From the NCBI GenBank assembly GCA_002633005.1, contig NMRA01000154.1, forward strand, positions 182,216 through 246,215: 64,000 nucleotides of DNA, read 5' to 3'. The stretch comes from Phoronis australis (Eukaryota > Animalia > Phoronida). A program made the position numbers and the translations under genes. The notes under the pieces were generated by a model, which made no database searches, was not told where the DNA came from, and saw only the letters and a program-made list of their open reading frames with translations. Of the stretch, positions 1 through 12,814 are shown in pieces (within the stretch, counting starts at the first letter, position 1; each line of letters starts with the position of its first letter).

Positions 1-664
1 TTGGAATTGGTGAAATAAAATAAATAATTGTCATTTGTTTTTAACAGCCGCTCACACTATTTGTCTGTGGGTTTCTCACTGTCAGCCATTGTACATGTGC
101 TAGTCTAGCAGCAAATAATGTTAAATTTGCTGCTTTGCATCTAATAAGTGAAAATATAATCCTTTTCGTTAAATGTATTATTAGTAATACTTGTCAAAGA
201 ATGTAAAACATCCATATACTCTAGTTTTCAAAGTAAACTAATTAAACAATATCAGAATCAAAATTTTAAGAAAATTCAACGCTCAAAATCACGACTTAAT
301 ACCCATTTCTTTTCAGCTATAATCTGCTTCAATTCTGCCTAATTCTCAACAAAATTTCAACAGGAGCCACCCCCACACAATCTGAAAGTTGTCACAATTT
401 GCCTCACAAGTCCAGTCACAAATAAATGATTAGTGCTTAAATGCACAATAGTCTCATATCAAATCTAGCTATAGTTAGACAAATACTCTGATCTGTTTTA
501 TGAAAAACAAAAGTTCATCTGATCTGCCAAATTGCTGCGGAATTAAATTAATTCAAGTGTGACAGAGTCTGGTGAAAAGTTATGTCTATATTTTCTTTGT
601 GAAAACTACTGTAATTTGGTGTGACAGGAATAATTAGGGGTCACCAGTTGGTGTTGTCCTATCT

Positions 665-850
665 CTGTGTGCAGTTATGACATGTGTACAGTTATACCAC
701 AAATACTGTTGTGACGTGTGCAGTTTTGACATGTCTACAGCTCTAATGTGTACAGTAAGTAATGACATGTGTGCAGTAACTGTTATGACATGTGTACCAT
801 GGTGACCTGTGTACAGTTGTGAGGTGTGACCAGTTATGACATGTTCACAG
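665..850. repeat. degenerate minisatellite, about 17-20 bp (gttatgacatgtgtaca-like)
   Basis: repeated cagttatgacatgtgtacag variants. Confidence 0.7.
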
Positions 851-937
851 TTTAGGGAATGCTAAGCATTTGTTATGATGCACTGAAGAACTTTATGTTG
901 TTGGCCCTGGGTAGAAATGTGAAATTGTGTTTTTCAG

Positions 938-1078
938 ATAAAAAGAAAAGGAACGGACGAGAAAGAGAAGGCAACCAATTGGAACATCACAGGCACATCA
1001 CAGTGGCAGTATCCCGCTGAGTTAGTGCTTAGTGATGTTAATGAACTGTACGAGATGTGCACCTTCATATACAATAAG
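938..1078 (+). CDS. Myo9: Myosin IX tail exon (first in window; upstream exons outside)
   Basis: ttttcag|...|gtaaac, 141 nt, phase 0-0; IKRKGTDEKEKATNWNITGTSQWQYPAELVLSDVNELYEMCTFIYNK resembles the Myo9 segment ending in 'DEFLLKK'. Confidence 0.8.
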
Positions 1079-1265
1079 GTAAACACTAGTTTAATTGTGA
1101 AATGTTGCACAATAAGGTAAAACGGAGCCAAAGTTTTGAGAAACTTTGTACACTTATTGAAATAGGGCAAACATTTTGAGATAAAGATACTGTTTTCTAT
1201 ACTTTTTCCCCATTGTGTCATCAATAAAAAATATTTCTAAGAAACGTGGGTCTGTGTAAAGTGTG

Positions 1266-1408
1266 GTGGTCACATGTCCATGTATGTCTGCCCCTCAGTT
1301 TGATGGTTACAGGTCCATGTATGTCTGCCCCCACTTTGATGGTTACAGGTCCATGTATGCCTGCCCCTCAGTTTGATGGTCACAGGTCCATGTATGTCTG
1401 TCCCTCAG
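1266..1408. repeat. 36-37 bp tandem repeat, about 4 copies
   Basis: unit caggtccatgtatgtctgcccctcagtttgatggtta. Confidence 0.9.
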
Positions 1409-1801
1409 CATCAGTGATAATGCTGGTAGTGTTCAGAAATATGTAGTTTCAACCTCCACAATTTAGATTTATGTTATTGTAATGAACACTTCAACTGTGA
1501 AGTCGGCTTCTCTGTGACATACGCATTTTCGCTCTTGACGACACACATTCACAGCTAAATGCCAGGATGTAGGCCCATTAATCAAACCAGTATATAGTGT
1601 TACGTAACATATGTATAGACTAGATTTTCAGTTCTGTACAGCCTGTAAACTAAAGATGGCATTTAATTGGAATGTGCTTTTGTGATGAAATTGAACTCGT
1701 TATTTTAGTTTGTGTTAAAATCGATTTATATTTTAAAAATGTGTATTGCTGTGAAAGAGCATAATTAAAATTTTTTTTTTTTTGATCAATATTATTTGCA
1801 G

Positions 1802-1918
1802 AAAACTCAGTTTGAAAAGGGTCTGGGCGAGCAGCTCTCCACATTTGAAAAGATCTTCCGTAGTTCTCTGGCAGAGTTCCACAAGACACTCATTTCACAG
1901 ACATCGTTAGCTATGCAG
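1802..1918 (+). CDS. Myo9: Myosin IX tail exon
   Basis: ttgcag|...|gttggt, 117 nt, phase 0-0; KTQFEKGLGEQLSTFEKIFRSSLAEFHKTLISQTSLAMQ resembles Myo9 'VFKKALKEFRQNI'. Confidence 0.8.
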
Positions 1919-3706
1919 GTTGGTCTATGAACTTTTTACAGATGGACGCATATGTCGTATTACAGTGGATGGCGTGGTGTTGGCGGGAAGAGCATGATAC
2001 CAACCAATGAAAACAAAGAATCTACACCTGGTGTATAATCTCATTAATGTCAGACATAAATTATTGCTAAGATTGACCTCATCTCTTCTGAAGGCTTCTA
2101 ACATTGTCACAAATACCATCGATTTTTCAAAATATTGTCTCATGATAGCTATGATGTAGAAAAGTGTTTGGGGCTACATATCTGACAAAAAACTAAAAAA
2201 AAATAAAATTTCAGTTGGCCGCTGGTGAAGTTGTACACTACATTTCCAGCCACTGGATTGGATGACGAAAGTCTGCAAATTGCAAATGTCAATACAGTTT
2301 ATGTCCATAGATTTAAACCTCACAATATTTAAGTTTTGTTAGGCATTGTAATTATCGATTACCTTTTAAAGTTTCAAGGACTTCAAGCCACAATGCTGTG
2401 ACCTTCACTTAGTGTTCAAGGGCAAAAACTTGTACAGTGCTTACTCGGTTCAGCAGCCCATTTCATGAAACTTTTCTTAGTCTTAACTTTGACCATAATC
2501 AGACTCAGTCTAACAAATCTGTTTACGGTCTTGTTTGATTCTTGAAATGTCTCAATTGGGAAATAAATCTTGTCTCAGGTAGCACCATAGTCTGCTACGT
2601 ATTTGGCTAAAGGTCAAATCTGTTGTCATAGTAACGAAAATACAAGTGTAACTTGTTGAGGGACAAATTTTGTTGATATTTTTCACTTTGTTTTGCATAT
2701 TTATGGTCCCAAACAATTTCAAATTGAAGAGCATCTAATTTAGTTTGAGAACTAGCAAACACATATTAAAGACCATGCAATATGACTTTCCTGCACGTCT
2801 GAAGTGATATTTTCAGCTATACCAGTCCCTTCTTAATTAAGTTGAGTGACTAGATTCCGATCCTTCTTATAGTCGTAATGTTTTAAGTAACTGACCAGCA
2901 TTTAAAGACAACTGGATTTCACACATCACCTCACTTATTTAAAATTTGTGAATCCACAACTGGTGGTAATACCGTAGCTATAATAATTATTCAAAGATAG
3001 CAAAAACTATTTTGATTTCACTCTTAAGTCTATATCAAAACTTTAATTACTTATTAATAATTTCAGTCTTGATCAATACCAAAAATCAAAAACCGACTTT
3101 GTGTTCATGAAATGTCTTTTCCGAAATTTTGTCTTCAATCTTAACTCAGCCCTAGTGTTGGTCTTAGCTTAAAAAACTGCCACTGGACAAACCTCAGAGT
3201 TGTGCAAGCTTGTCACCTCTTTTTCACCAGTTGTTCATTATTCGGTAAAATCTTGACAATTTCGTACAAAAGTAATCACCAAGACAGTCATGTTTTCATT
3301 TTATCAGAGGCTTCTCATTTTGTGAATACTGGCAGTTATTCAAAATATTGTCTATATTAGCCATGGTACTGAACTTGAACATGGTAAAGCATGGTGATAT
3401 TTTCTTTCACGGAAAACGGAGAAACTAAAATGTGTCCTCTATATTGTGTCCTAAATTGGTGAGATTTCGTCTTAAAAGTGTATTACACACTTCCTTTACA
3501 AAGTCATTGGTTTACAGCTTTATCTTGTTGAAAGACCCAGTGACGAAACTGACTGACCTGGCCGGGCAATCTAACATTGTCTTGAGACATTTCTTTCTTT
3601 ACCTTCAGTTGGTTATTGTTCTAGTCAACTGTTTTACATCAATCGTGTTGACTTTGTGAGGATGTTTTTTAATCTTTATGTTGTATCTCTTACGTTTACA
3701 TTGTAG

Positions 3707-3815
3707 GACGCATCAATGTCAGTGAAGTTCCGCGATCTCATGACTAACTACGAACAAATACTTAACAGTGCTTTATCGCAAGGAAATGCCAAAGACAATG
3801 TCCCTATCACATTGG
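3707..3815 (+). CDS. Myo9: Myosin IX tail exon
   Basis: ttgtag|...|gtaggt, phase 0-1; DASMSVKFRDLMTNYEQILNSALSQGNAKDNVPITL resembles Myo9 'IRYKDLYALFEQIL'. Confidence 0.85.
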
Positions 3816-4414
3816 GTAGGTCATTTAGAGAGGTGTATGACTGAGTTCTAACCCAATAGATAGTTGCATATCTCGCCAAAGGTGGGAAGTTTTCCTGTAG
3901 CCTTGGTACTGGAGTGATTGGATCACTTCTTGTGAGTTTATAGCCAGCTTTGTTTGCCACTGAAGATAGATTGTGCAGCTGTCAGCTGTCAATCAAGTTG
4001 ATATTTCTTCACTAAATGACTCTACTGGGATATTGTACTGTTTCCTATTTCTTCGTCTCTTTCTTGTCATTATTTTGACTTTATTTATGCAAAAACGTTA
4101 ACTTTGTATCAGTTATAAAATTTTACAATACAAAGAATATTTCTAGCACCCAAGCCTAATACATCACTTTGAAAATTTTCCTCTTTTTTGTCATTGGGCA
4201 TTCCAAGCCCTGTGACATAAAGTACTTCAAAAGTTGGCAGATTTTAACGGATTTATGCCGATGTACTTTAGTTTAGTGACCACATCATACCGTGGTGTTT
4301 GATGCAATACATAAAATTTTAAACTTAGCTAATGAACAAGTAAGGTGAGCCTGTTGATGTTAAGTGTGCATTCATCGTTGTTCTGTCTAACGCTGTCCGA
4401 TCTCTTGATTCCAG

Positions 4415-4539
4415 TTATCAATGCATTCCGTGGTTACCTGGACGAGTTCTTGAAAGACCGCAAGAAGAGGGAAGTTGAGACAGAGACTCATCATAAAATC
4501 AAGAAAAAGAAAAAAGACAAGCACAAAGATCATGTTTTT
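4415..4539 (+). CDS. Myo9: Myosin IX exon with basic stretch before the C1 domain
   Basis: ttccag|...|gtgagt, phase 1-0; VINAFRGYLDEFLKDRKKREVETETHHKIKKKKKDKHKDHVF resembles Myo9 'VNTFKVFLDEY...RKKRRKK'. Confidence 0.9.
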
Positions 4540-5236
4540 GTGAGTCCTAATGTCCAAGCTTGCGCACATCTTGTTGCATTTTGTCATTCATAGTGTCTTG
4601 CCACAAATACTGCTCGTGTAGTAAGAGACATTTTCCCAGAAAGCAGCGCCACTGTGAAATAAGTTGTGTTGCTAGGTGGCGGTAGAGTCTTCGATGGACA
4701 GCATTCAGCGCAACCTGCGGTTCATATGTGTTGGATTTTAGATTCAATACACTGGGTGTTCATATCATTTTTAAAAATTTTTGCTGCCATCTTCTCATCA
4801 AATTATTGTTCTGAGGTATTCAAACCTTTTGTGCAAAAACATGCAATGCCAAATGTCTCTGAATGAAAGAAAACATGTCTTGTTTTTGTCAAATCAGCCC
4901 GTTTTGTTAATCAGAATTTGAAATTGGGAATGTTTGGCTTTCATGTTTTCACCACAGTAGAGTTGTATGTAGAATGTATCTTTTTAAAAGTATCTTTGCT
5001 TCATTTTGGCGTCTCCACATTCTGATTACAATTTTTAAGGATAGTTCTGGTGAAATGTCGCTACTGGAAATATTTTGTATTAATTGCAGGTGTTATAACA
5101 TTAAGATCAGCCACGGGCCTGGCTCAAAAATGTTATTCAGAACTTTACAAGTCCCGTAACATAGAACTTTACAGTCATATTAATATCTGTCACACACTCC
5201 TTACATTTGGTGACATCAAAGTGTGTTTGATTGCAG

Positions 5237-5342
5237 GAGTATCTAGGCCACCGTTTTGTTACACTCCAAGTCAGCATACCAACGTTTTGCGAGATGTGCA
5301 ACAAGATGATGTGGACCATGGAGAAGGCCCAGTCTTGCTTGG
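5237..5342 (+). CDS. Myo9: Myosin IX C1 zinc finger, first part
   Basis: ttgcag|...|gtatgt, phase 0-1; EYLGHRFVTLQVSIPTFCEMCNKMMWTMEKAQSCL (H-x12-C-x2-C-x12-C). Confidence 0.93.
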
Positions 5343-5699
5343 GTATGTTGCATTGGCCTGAAGCAGCAAGTTAATGTGATAAGATTGCTGGTGTAGTTTT
5401 CATTCATTGAAGTTTAGTTCTGTTTATGAAGATGTGTTATTGGCTGCATGCTACCAAAACTGCTTCATTTTGTTTGAAACCACAGCTGTGCCTGGGCAAG
5501 CTATGTTTGTTGGAAACAGGAAGTCATTAGTTGCCGTGACTGTAGACTAAACAATAGTCATTTAGAACAATGCTATTTCCATTTTTCTGCCTATCACTTA
5601 GAGGTAGGTAGATGCCATAAACATGAATTTAGCAAGTATAGACAAATGTCTAATAAAATCTAATAATATATTAATGTCTAGAACACCACGATCCATTTG

Positions 5700-6050
5700 A
5701 CATAGCCGGCTATAACAAATGACTGTCTGTGAACAAATGACTGTCTGTGAACAAATGACCACATGTTCATCACAGCTTATTCACAATTCTTTACTTCTAT
5801 AAGAAGTGACTGTCTGTAAATGAATGAATGACCACATGTTCATCAACAGCTTATTCACAATTCATTACTTCCAGGTAACATAACTTTTGATAACAAATGA
5901 CTGTCTGTGAAATGACCATGTCATGTTTACCACCAGCCTATTCACAGTTCACTATCTCCAGTTGTCATAGCCAACTATAACAAATGACTGCCTGTGAATG
6001 AATGATCACATGTTCATCAACATCCTATTCACAGTTCACTACTTCCAGTT
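5700..6050. repeat. degenerate tandem repeat (about 80-100 bp units)
   Basis: recurring ataacaaatgactgtctgtgaa...tgaccacatgttcatca...ttattcacaattc. Confidence 0.75.
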
Positions 6051-6157
6051 CAGGATACACTTGCTGTCTTTGAAGTGCTTGACTATCATGTAAACTGACT
6101 CTTGTCTTTCAAATTCACTTGTCATAAGGAGGGCTTGTTTTCTGTCTTTGTTTACAG

Positions 6158-6231
6158 CGTGTAAATTCACAAGTCACAAGAAATGCTCAATGACTAATAT
6201 CCCAGAATGCAAGCTTTCTGCAAAGAAAGAG
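6158..6231 (+). CDS. Myo9: Myosin IX C1 zinc finger, second part
   Basis: ttacag|...|gtgagt, phase 1-0; ACKFTSHKKCSMTNIPECKLSAKKE completes C-x4-H-x2-C-x7-C. Confidence 0.92.
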
Positions 6232-6424
6232 GTGAGTCACTGTTCTAAGGTGGAATGTGGGACATTTTTACTTTAAACTTATCTAAGTATAAATTAGGCT
6301 CTTTGATTCCCAGTACAAAGTAATCAGTATTTGAATTTCTGTGTCAGTGGTATTCAAAATGGCAGGTGCCTTGTGAGGCATCTTGCAATGAAGTAACAAA
6401 CTAAGCAAAAATAACGATATGAGT

Positions 6425-6577
6425 TTTGTTGGTAAACATCTGACTTGAGACGATTTGTTGGTAAACATCTGACTTGAGACGATTTGTTGGTAAACATCTG
6501 ACTTGAGACGATTTGTTGGTAAACATCTGACTTGAGACGATTTGTTGGTAAACATCTGACTTGAGACGATTTGTTGG
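6425..6577. repeat. perfect 29-bp tandem repeat, 5 copies plus partial
   Basis: tttgttggtaaacatctgacttgagacga at 6425, 6454, 6483, 6512, 6541. Confidence 0.97.
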
Positions 6578-6626
6578 ATGGGCGCACTGATGCTAGTGAC
6601 ATCTTGTGTTCTTTCTTCTTGTTTAG

Positions 6627-6807
6627 AAAGGTAAAGATTTCTTTGGTGCCCATTTGTCGAGCCTAATCCACGAGGACAGCAAGGTGCCAGTCATTGTTGA
6701 CCGGCTGATCTCAGCGATCGAGTTCAAGGGCCTCTACACCGAGGGCATCTATAGGAAGGCCGGAGCTAATGCGCGGATACATTCACTGGTCAAAGCCATT
6801 AATACAA
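6627..6807 (+). CDS. Myo9: Myosin IX RhoGAP exon with arginine finger
   Basis: gtttag|...|gtatga, phase 0-1; KGKDFFGAHLSSLIHEDSKVPVIVDRLISAIEFKGLYTEGIYRKAGANARIHSLVKAINT; GLYTEGIYRK is Myo9-typical. Confidence 0.96.
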
Positions 6808-7556
6808 GTATGAGTTTACCCTGTGTCATTTCACGTTTCTTATGCCTGTGCACAGAAGTACAAAAGGTTGGCACAGACGTCTATGGTTGGGATGCCTCTT
6901 GGTTTGCATCTCCTGTATGCTCTCGCTCATTGTGTAATTTGGCATTGCACACGAAGCAGTGTGGAAAGACGTTACTATAGTCATCCTTTCTGTGAAACAG
7001 TGTCTTTGAATCGCTCTTTAGCTGGAGTTTCACACGGTGTGGCACAGTGAACACCACATGTTGTCCAAGGTTTCACTTTTGTCTAACAACCATCATCAGA
7101 TTGAAGTGAATTGATATGTTCATTAAATATCTATGTTTAATATAGTTTCCCTCTCTGCAGCTTTGTATTAAGTTCCTGTTTTGCCATCTTAGCGTGCCCC
7201 CTATGGTTGTAAGTTGTTACTAACACTTTGCAATGTTAGTGGTGTTATTTCCCACGTTTCTTGCATAGATTTTAATGCTCATCCATTTGTGGAAACTTGT
7301 TGTTGATCTTGTTGTATATCATTTCGCATTCTTAATCAGACCATCAGCTGGATAGGGTTCGTAGACATATGAATCTTACGACGGGAACTGATGTGATCAC
7401 ATGCTTTCCTTGCAACATACGGTGATATTTTGCGAAGTTTTGCGAGGTATTAGTTTTCACAAGGTTCTGCAACTACTGAACGCATGCCAGCTTATATTCA
7501 TGTCATGTTGAGACCAGCTGGCCTGGACAACAGTTACGTCACTGTTTCACTTTCAG

Positions 7557-7685
7557 ATCTTAATAACGTAGAATTCGATGAGTACCCTATCCATGTGTTG
7601 ACTGCCACACTAAAGAAATTCTTCCGTGAACTCAAGGAACCCTTGCTGACGTTTGACCTCTACGAAGACTTCCTCAGAGCTGCAG
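7557..7685 (+). CDS. Myo9: Myosin IX RhoGAP exon
   Basis: tttcag|...|gtattg, phase 1-1; NLNNVEFDEYPIHVLTATLKKFFRELKEPLLTFDLYEDFLRAA. Confidence 0.95.
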
Positions 7686-7836
7686 GTATTGAAACTGTAG
7701 TCACTGGTAATCGTGACAGCCATCAAACAAAAGTATGGAGTCCTATTAACCCAGAAGAAAGAATTACGTGATAAACTATTTAGTCACAACAAAAAGCGAT
7801 GACAGCCAATTGACCTATCGCCAGAATTTTGGCTTA

Positions 7837-8686
7837 GGGCTGTTCCAGTAAAATCCGTGTGGGAGGGGAGGGGACGGCAGTAGAAATAAAAATTCATGGG
7901 TGGTGGTCTTCAGAAAAAAACTCAAATTATGGGAAGTGATGCATTAAAAATGGGTGGTATTTTTTGATCTGTTAACCTTGACAAGTTGGTTAATTCAGCC
8001 AACACATCTCCAAAGAAATCAAAACTCCAAAAATGCGATTGGCATATATCCCAACTTATCCCAATACAAAAAAGCCCAACTTATCCCAATACAAAAAAGC
8101 CCATATTGCTAGTGAACAGAGTGCAATATGTTCGCCAAGCCATTAATCAAGTCATGGGCAACTTGATTTGAACCAAGTGCTTGTCTGCAGTCCTATTGAA
8201 TTGAAAAGTTATGCAACACTAAACTGGTGTTAACACATATAAGAAAATTGATGATTTTTAAATAAAAAGTATGAGGAGTAAGATAAACAAGTTCCAATAT
8301 TCACTTGACATAGAAGTATAAAAGAGTTTGTGGAGACAGTTTGAGATTCATAGATCCTTATAATTGAAAAAATGTTCATTGAAATTATAGACACATGGTG
8401 AACAGAGACACCTGGTGGCTGCCAAAAGTATTGTTCACAGGCTACTTTAATTTTTGACAATATTGGACAAGACAACTAGTTCTTGTCTGTCAATCATCTA
8501 AGTTCTTAACAGGTCCTCCTGGAGGCAATTTGTTTGCAAGTGTTGGATTTTATATTTTAACTTATTAAAAATAATTAAAAAATTATGGGTCATGGGTTGG
8601 AGAAATAAATGAAAAATATGGGCGGTGGGTACGAAATAAAAGTGCCTTCCCCCCCCCCTCCCATACAGATTTTGCTGGAACAGCCC
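7837..8686. mobile_element. PIF/Harbinger-type MITE
   Basis: TIRs gggctgttccagtaaaatccgtgtgggagggg / cccctcccatacagattttgctggaacagccc; TTA target duplication at 7834-7836 and 8687-8689. Confidence 0.88.
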
Positions 8687-9101
8687 TTACGGCTTAACTG
8701 ACCAATCAGAATGCAACATTGTTGGCACACCTTCGTCTGTCAAGTCGCCATTTTACCCGACAAACAACACGTTGTCGGTGAATTTTCAGAAAGGGGCGGA
8801 GCTTGCAATTGGTCAGTTGAAATGGGCTATCCCTGTGACGCAAGAAGTTGACTTATTTTGATCTGTGAATTGATTATGGATTAGTTTTGGGTAACTTCAA
8901 TAGGCAAAATTTCAAAAACATTTTCCTGTGAAGACAAATGAAGCAGCTTTCAAATCAGCCTCTCTCTGGTTTCTGTTTATTTTACATCAGGACACGTGAT
9001 GTGGCCAGCAGGTGGCATGCAGATCAGAAATGAAAATTTTTGCGATTTATATTCAGGCATTGTACAGTAAAGTGTTTATTATCTTATCCATGTTCCTCTA
9101 G

Positions 9102-9207
9102 ATGTTGGTGAGAATAAGGACCGGGTTCAGGCATTATATGCTCTGATCGATCAACTGCCCACTGCCAACCATGACGTGTTAGAACGGCTCATCTTCCACT
9201 TGGCAAG
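9102..9207 (+). CDS. Myo9: Myosin IX RhoGAP exon
   Basis: ctctag|...|gtaggt, phase 1-2; DVGENKDRVQALYALIDQLPTANHDVLERLIFHLA(R). Confidence 0.95.
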
Positions 9208-10710
9208 GTAGGTGTCAGCACTGTGTAGTGTACACCAGCGTTTCATTGTGTCATAGTATTATGCACTCACCGTATCCTGTTTTGTTAATGTCACAACACA
9301 TTCAGAATCATGGAGCTCTGCACACCAGTCATGTGCTTCTTTTGATGAATAACTGTGTGGTAGTTGACATTGGTCAACTTAGTATGTCCATTCTGCAGCA
9401 GGGTTACTACACCTTGACTTCAGACCACTAGGTGGAGCAGTTGCCTCGATGGTTTACTACTGACATTGTCTAGGGACTTCTCGAGTACTGGAGATATTAA
9501 AGCTGTTTTCCTCAGTATTTAAGTGTCAAAAAAGGAAATTGAATTAAGAGCTTTTCCAATAAAGTCTATATGGGGACAAGTTGGCGTGTTCTTGTAAAAA
9601 ACGAAATATTGCCAGTTGCCAGTCTTGTGGTCATTGAATTTGTTGGAGTGAGTATTATATGTTGCGTAAAGTACACGTGAGCCAAACCATATTGTGCATT
9701 ATTTCCATTGCATTCAAGCTGCACGACAATCTATTACCTCGAATGACTTTTTGAGATCGGAATAGCACAGGTCATGAGGGTGTTCACTTGTTCATAACCA
9801 GCTTCTTACATTGGGGACTGGTGAACTGAGATGGCTGTTAGTGATGGCAATGCCCAGCTACACACTGCGTTACTACACCATAGGTTGACTGGGTTCATGT
9901 TCTGAATGGCTCAGCTACAATTTGAAGTAACTTAGTTCTTATCTTTAGAAGTGTGCAGACGTTTATGAATTGGGAAGTGTAAATGTTTCTTTTAAGTTGA
10001 GAATTATTAAGTACCATTGTTTCTGAATCGTTTTGCATCATTAGTCTAAAGAGGGTGTCCTTGTGTTTATCCATCCTAACGTTAAGTCATAAAACTCAAT
10101 GGCATAGTAATTGAAATGAATAAAGCGAACAGTGTTTGACTGGTTGTGTCCAACTAAAAGCTTTATAGTGCTTTTTAATTATTAGTTGGTGAAAATAATT
10201 TTAAAATTATGAGTGGTTACATTCCAAAGTAATTAAGATTTAGGGAAATGAGACAAAAGTATGGATGCTTGGCCGAAAAAGGTGCCTTCCCATCCAATAC
10301 GGGTTTTACAGCCCGAAACCACTAAGCTCAGAATATTTGCCTCGTGATATTTCTTACTGTCATAGGACTTGATTTCTGTTTCCAACAAAAACATCAAAGC
10401 CATCGGCTGCTCAAGAATACTAGTCTTCAGAATTTCTTGATTGGCCAACCCTGAAACTGCGAATTCAAAAATGGCGCATGTGTCCATTGCTTATGACTTG
10501 AGTTGTGGGCTGGCTCATTTTACAGTAATTTAGACTTGGATAAATATAGATTTAAACCACAAAGCACTTCGGTTAAGAATCCTTCATTGACAGCTGAACT
10601 TGAAATCTTGAAGTTTCGATACAATTATGCCTAGGTCACTTGGTGTGTTACTTCGTGTGTTTGTAAAAAGCACCCCCTGTCTTTAATAACTTTCACTTTG
10701 TATGTTGCAG

Positions 10711-10842
10711 GGTAGCTCAGAACCAGGAGCGTAATAAGATGTCGCCGACTAACCTGTCGGTCATCTGGGGTCCGTGTTTATTGAAAACGTGTCGCACACT
10801 GTCAGCTCAGGAGAGTTTGAGTAATGTGGATAAACAATCAGT
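10711..10842 (+). CDS. Myo9: Myosin IX RhoGAP exon
   Basis: ttgcag|...|gtatgt, phase 2-2; RVAQNQERNKMSPTNLSVIWGPCLLKTCRTLSAQESLSNVDKQS. Confidence 0.95.
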
Positions 10843-10891
10843 GTATGTGCCATAGTTTGTTGATTTCATTAAAATTCGAGCCTGTCAAGTA

Positions 10892-11386
10892 CAGGGCTTG
10901 GAATTTTCCGCGGAAATGCGGATTTCCGCTTTTTTCAAATGTTCTGTCCGCGCATTTTATTATATTTCTGCGTAAAAAAAAATCGGATTTGATGTAACAT
11001 TTCCGCGACAAATTCCTTTCTTACCGCGGCGTTGCAGACGACGTTCACCTCAAAAAGCGGAAGTTGCTCTTATGTTTCAGAGGAACGTAAATTGTCAACA
11101 TTGCCGGGGCATCTGGGATAGCGTGGTGGGATTTTCAATGGCATCTCGTGTTATTGTAAACCGCGGCGAAAAATACTACGGCTCTGCAGCCAAAAATGTG
11201 TGGGTTGGGATTGGACGGACGAGCTAAAAGGACGCAGACGCATGCTATTGATGGTAACATTTTTTTTTAGTCCTCCCAATTTTTGTCGGGGAAAGGTTCA
11301 CATCGACCATTTTAAGGCTGGGTAGCGCGCATGATTTGGGCTGTAAAAGTTTCCGCGTTTTTTGTCATTGGTCATTCCAAGCCCTG
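10892..11386. mobile_element. MITE with CAGGGCTTGGAAT TIRs (hAT-like termini)
   Basis: cagggcttggaat...attccaagccctg; a related 3' end occurs at about 4170-4212; TSD imperfect. Confidence 0.75.
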
Positions 11387-11461
11387 CAAGTTACTATGGT
11401 TAACAAATGTCATAAGACTTTTGACTTTAACTAAGTTGACAAAACTCAACTGGTTCACTCC

Positions 11462-12515
11462 TTTTTATGCGCCCACATATTTATATGTGGACGCATTATG
11501 CCGTCATCTCTGTCCGTCCGTCCGGGCGGCGTCTGGCGTCCGCTGCTCTATCTCCAAAACCTTTTGACATACGTTCATGAAATTTGGCACATATGTTCCA
11601 TTCATGAATGGGACGGCATGTGCGAACTTTCGGACGGATCCGACTACCGGTGTGCCCCCAAGTGGCAATTTTAGTTTTTTACGCTTACCTTTGTATCTTC
11701 AAAAGTCCTGAACGGATTTTCATGAAATTTGGTATGTAGGCACCTATTAGTGAGATGACGCTATCCTACTGTTTTCAGATGGATTCGACGTAGTTTGCGC
11801 CACCTAGTGGCCATTTTTACTGTTTTCGAGTCTGTATTTTTGCGTCCACCCCTCTATCAACCAAACCGCTCAAAGGATGATTGTGAAAATTGGCGTGTAT
11901 GTGCTTACTATAAGGAAGACAGCTGACAATGATTTTCAGACGATTTGGACTACTGTGGCGCCTCCTAGTGGCAGTTTTGTTTTTTTGCGCCCATGGCTGT
12001 ATCTCCCAAACCGTTTGCAGGATCTTTACTAAATTTAGCAAGTGTATTTATGTGATGTTGACAACGGACGATGACGACTTTAGGATGATTCTGATTACCG
12101 GTATGCCTCTAGTGGCAATTTTAGTATTTTACATTGACCTCTGTATTTTCATAGGTCTTCAGGTGTATACTTTGTGTTACTTCGTGACTATGAAGGAAAA
12201 GTTCCAAGTAGAAATTTGTTTCTGGCATTCTAATGCTGTGCTAATCTCGTATGTTGGTAAATTTGTTTTTAATTCTATGTTTGTGTGGTGCTTTAAGCAA
12301 CTGGTGTATAGGATGTGCTTGTATTATGAAGATTACTCACATTTTGCCCCTAGCCTATTGAGGAGACGATGACCATGCCTTTCCATTTTGCTAAGTACAA
12401 CATACTACATATATGCCCTCTACTGGCCACTTTATGGTACCAATAAATAACCCTAGAAGGATACCGTATGTGGTGCAATTGTGGGCGCATTTCAACGCTC
12501 TGCGTTGCTCTTGTT
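11462..12515 (+). mobile_element. non-autonomous Helentron (HINE/DINE-1/pearl-like)
   Basis: T-run + subTIR atgcgcccaca with adjacent inverted copy atgtggacgcat, (tccg)n microsatellite, internal repeats of about 150 bp, 3' subTIR tgtgggcgcat then stem-loop caacgc-tct-gcgttg and ttgtt. Confidence 0.85.
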
Positions 12516-12814
12516 ATGACTTGTGTTTCAGTGTAATTAGTGTTCTTCTTTCACAAACCATGTGGGCATTATCACTCACAGTGTTCTTGTAAACACACTC
12601 CGACCTATGCTCACCAACCGTATTTCCTGTCTCACGCTCTTCTAGTTCCTTTTGTGGGAACATATTCTTGTCAGCAGGTGCATGTGAGAAACACTGTCAG
12701 AAAAAAACCTGGTGTGGCTCGTGAGTGAGGAACACTGTTTGCAATACTTTCTAAAATGTTTACGGTACTAAGTATTTATTGCTATTGTCCAATACGCGAT
12801 GACGTCTATTTCAG

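Noticed and set aside
6425-6577. CRISPR-like array (29-bp repeats; also the 55-bp and 21-bp arrays)
   Set aside because: Units are contiguous with no unique spacers, there are no cas genes, and the context is eukaryotic.
11929-12372. 147-aa hydrophobic ORF
   Set aside because: Lies within the T-rich non-autonomous Helentron and has no recognisable domain.
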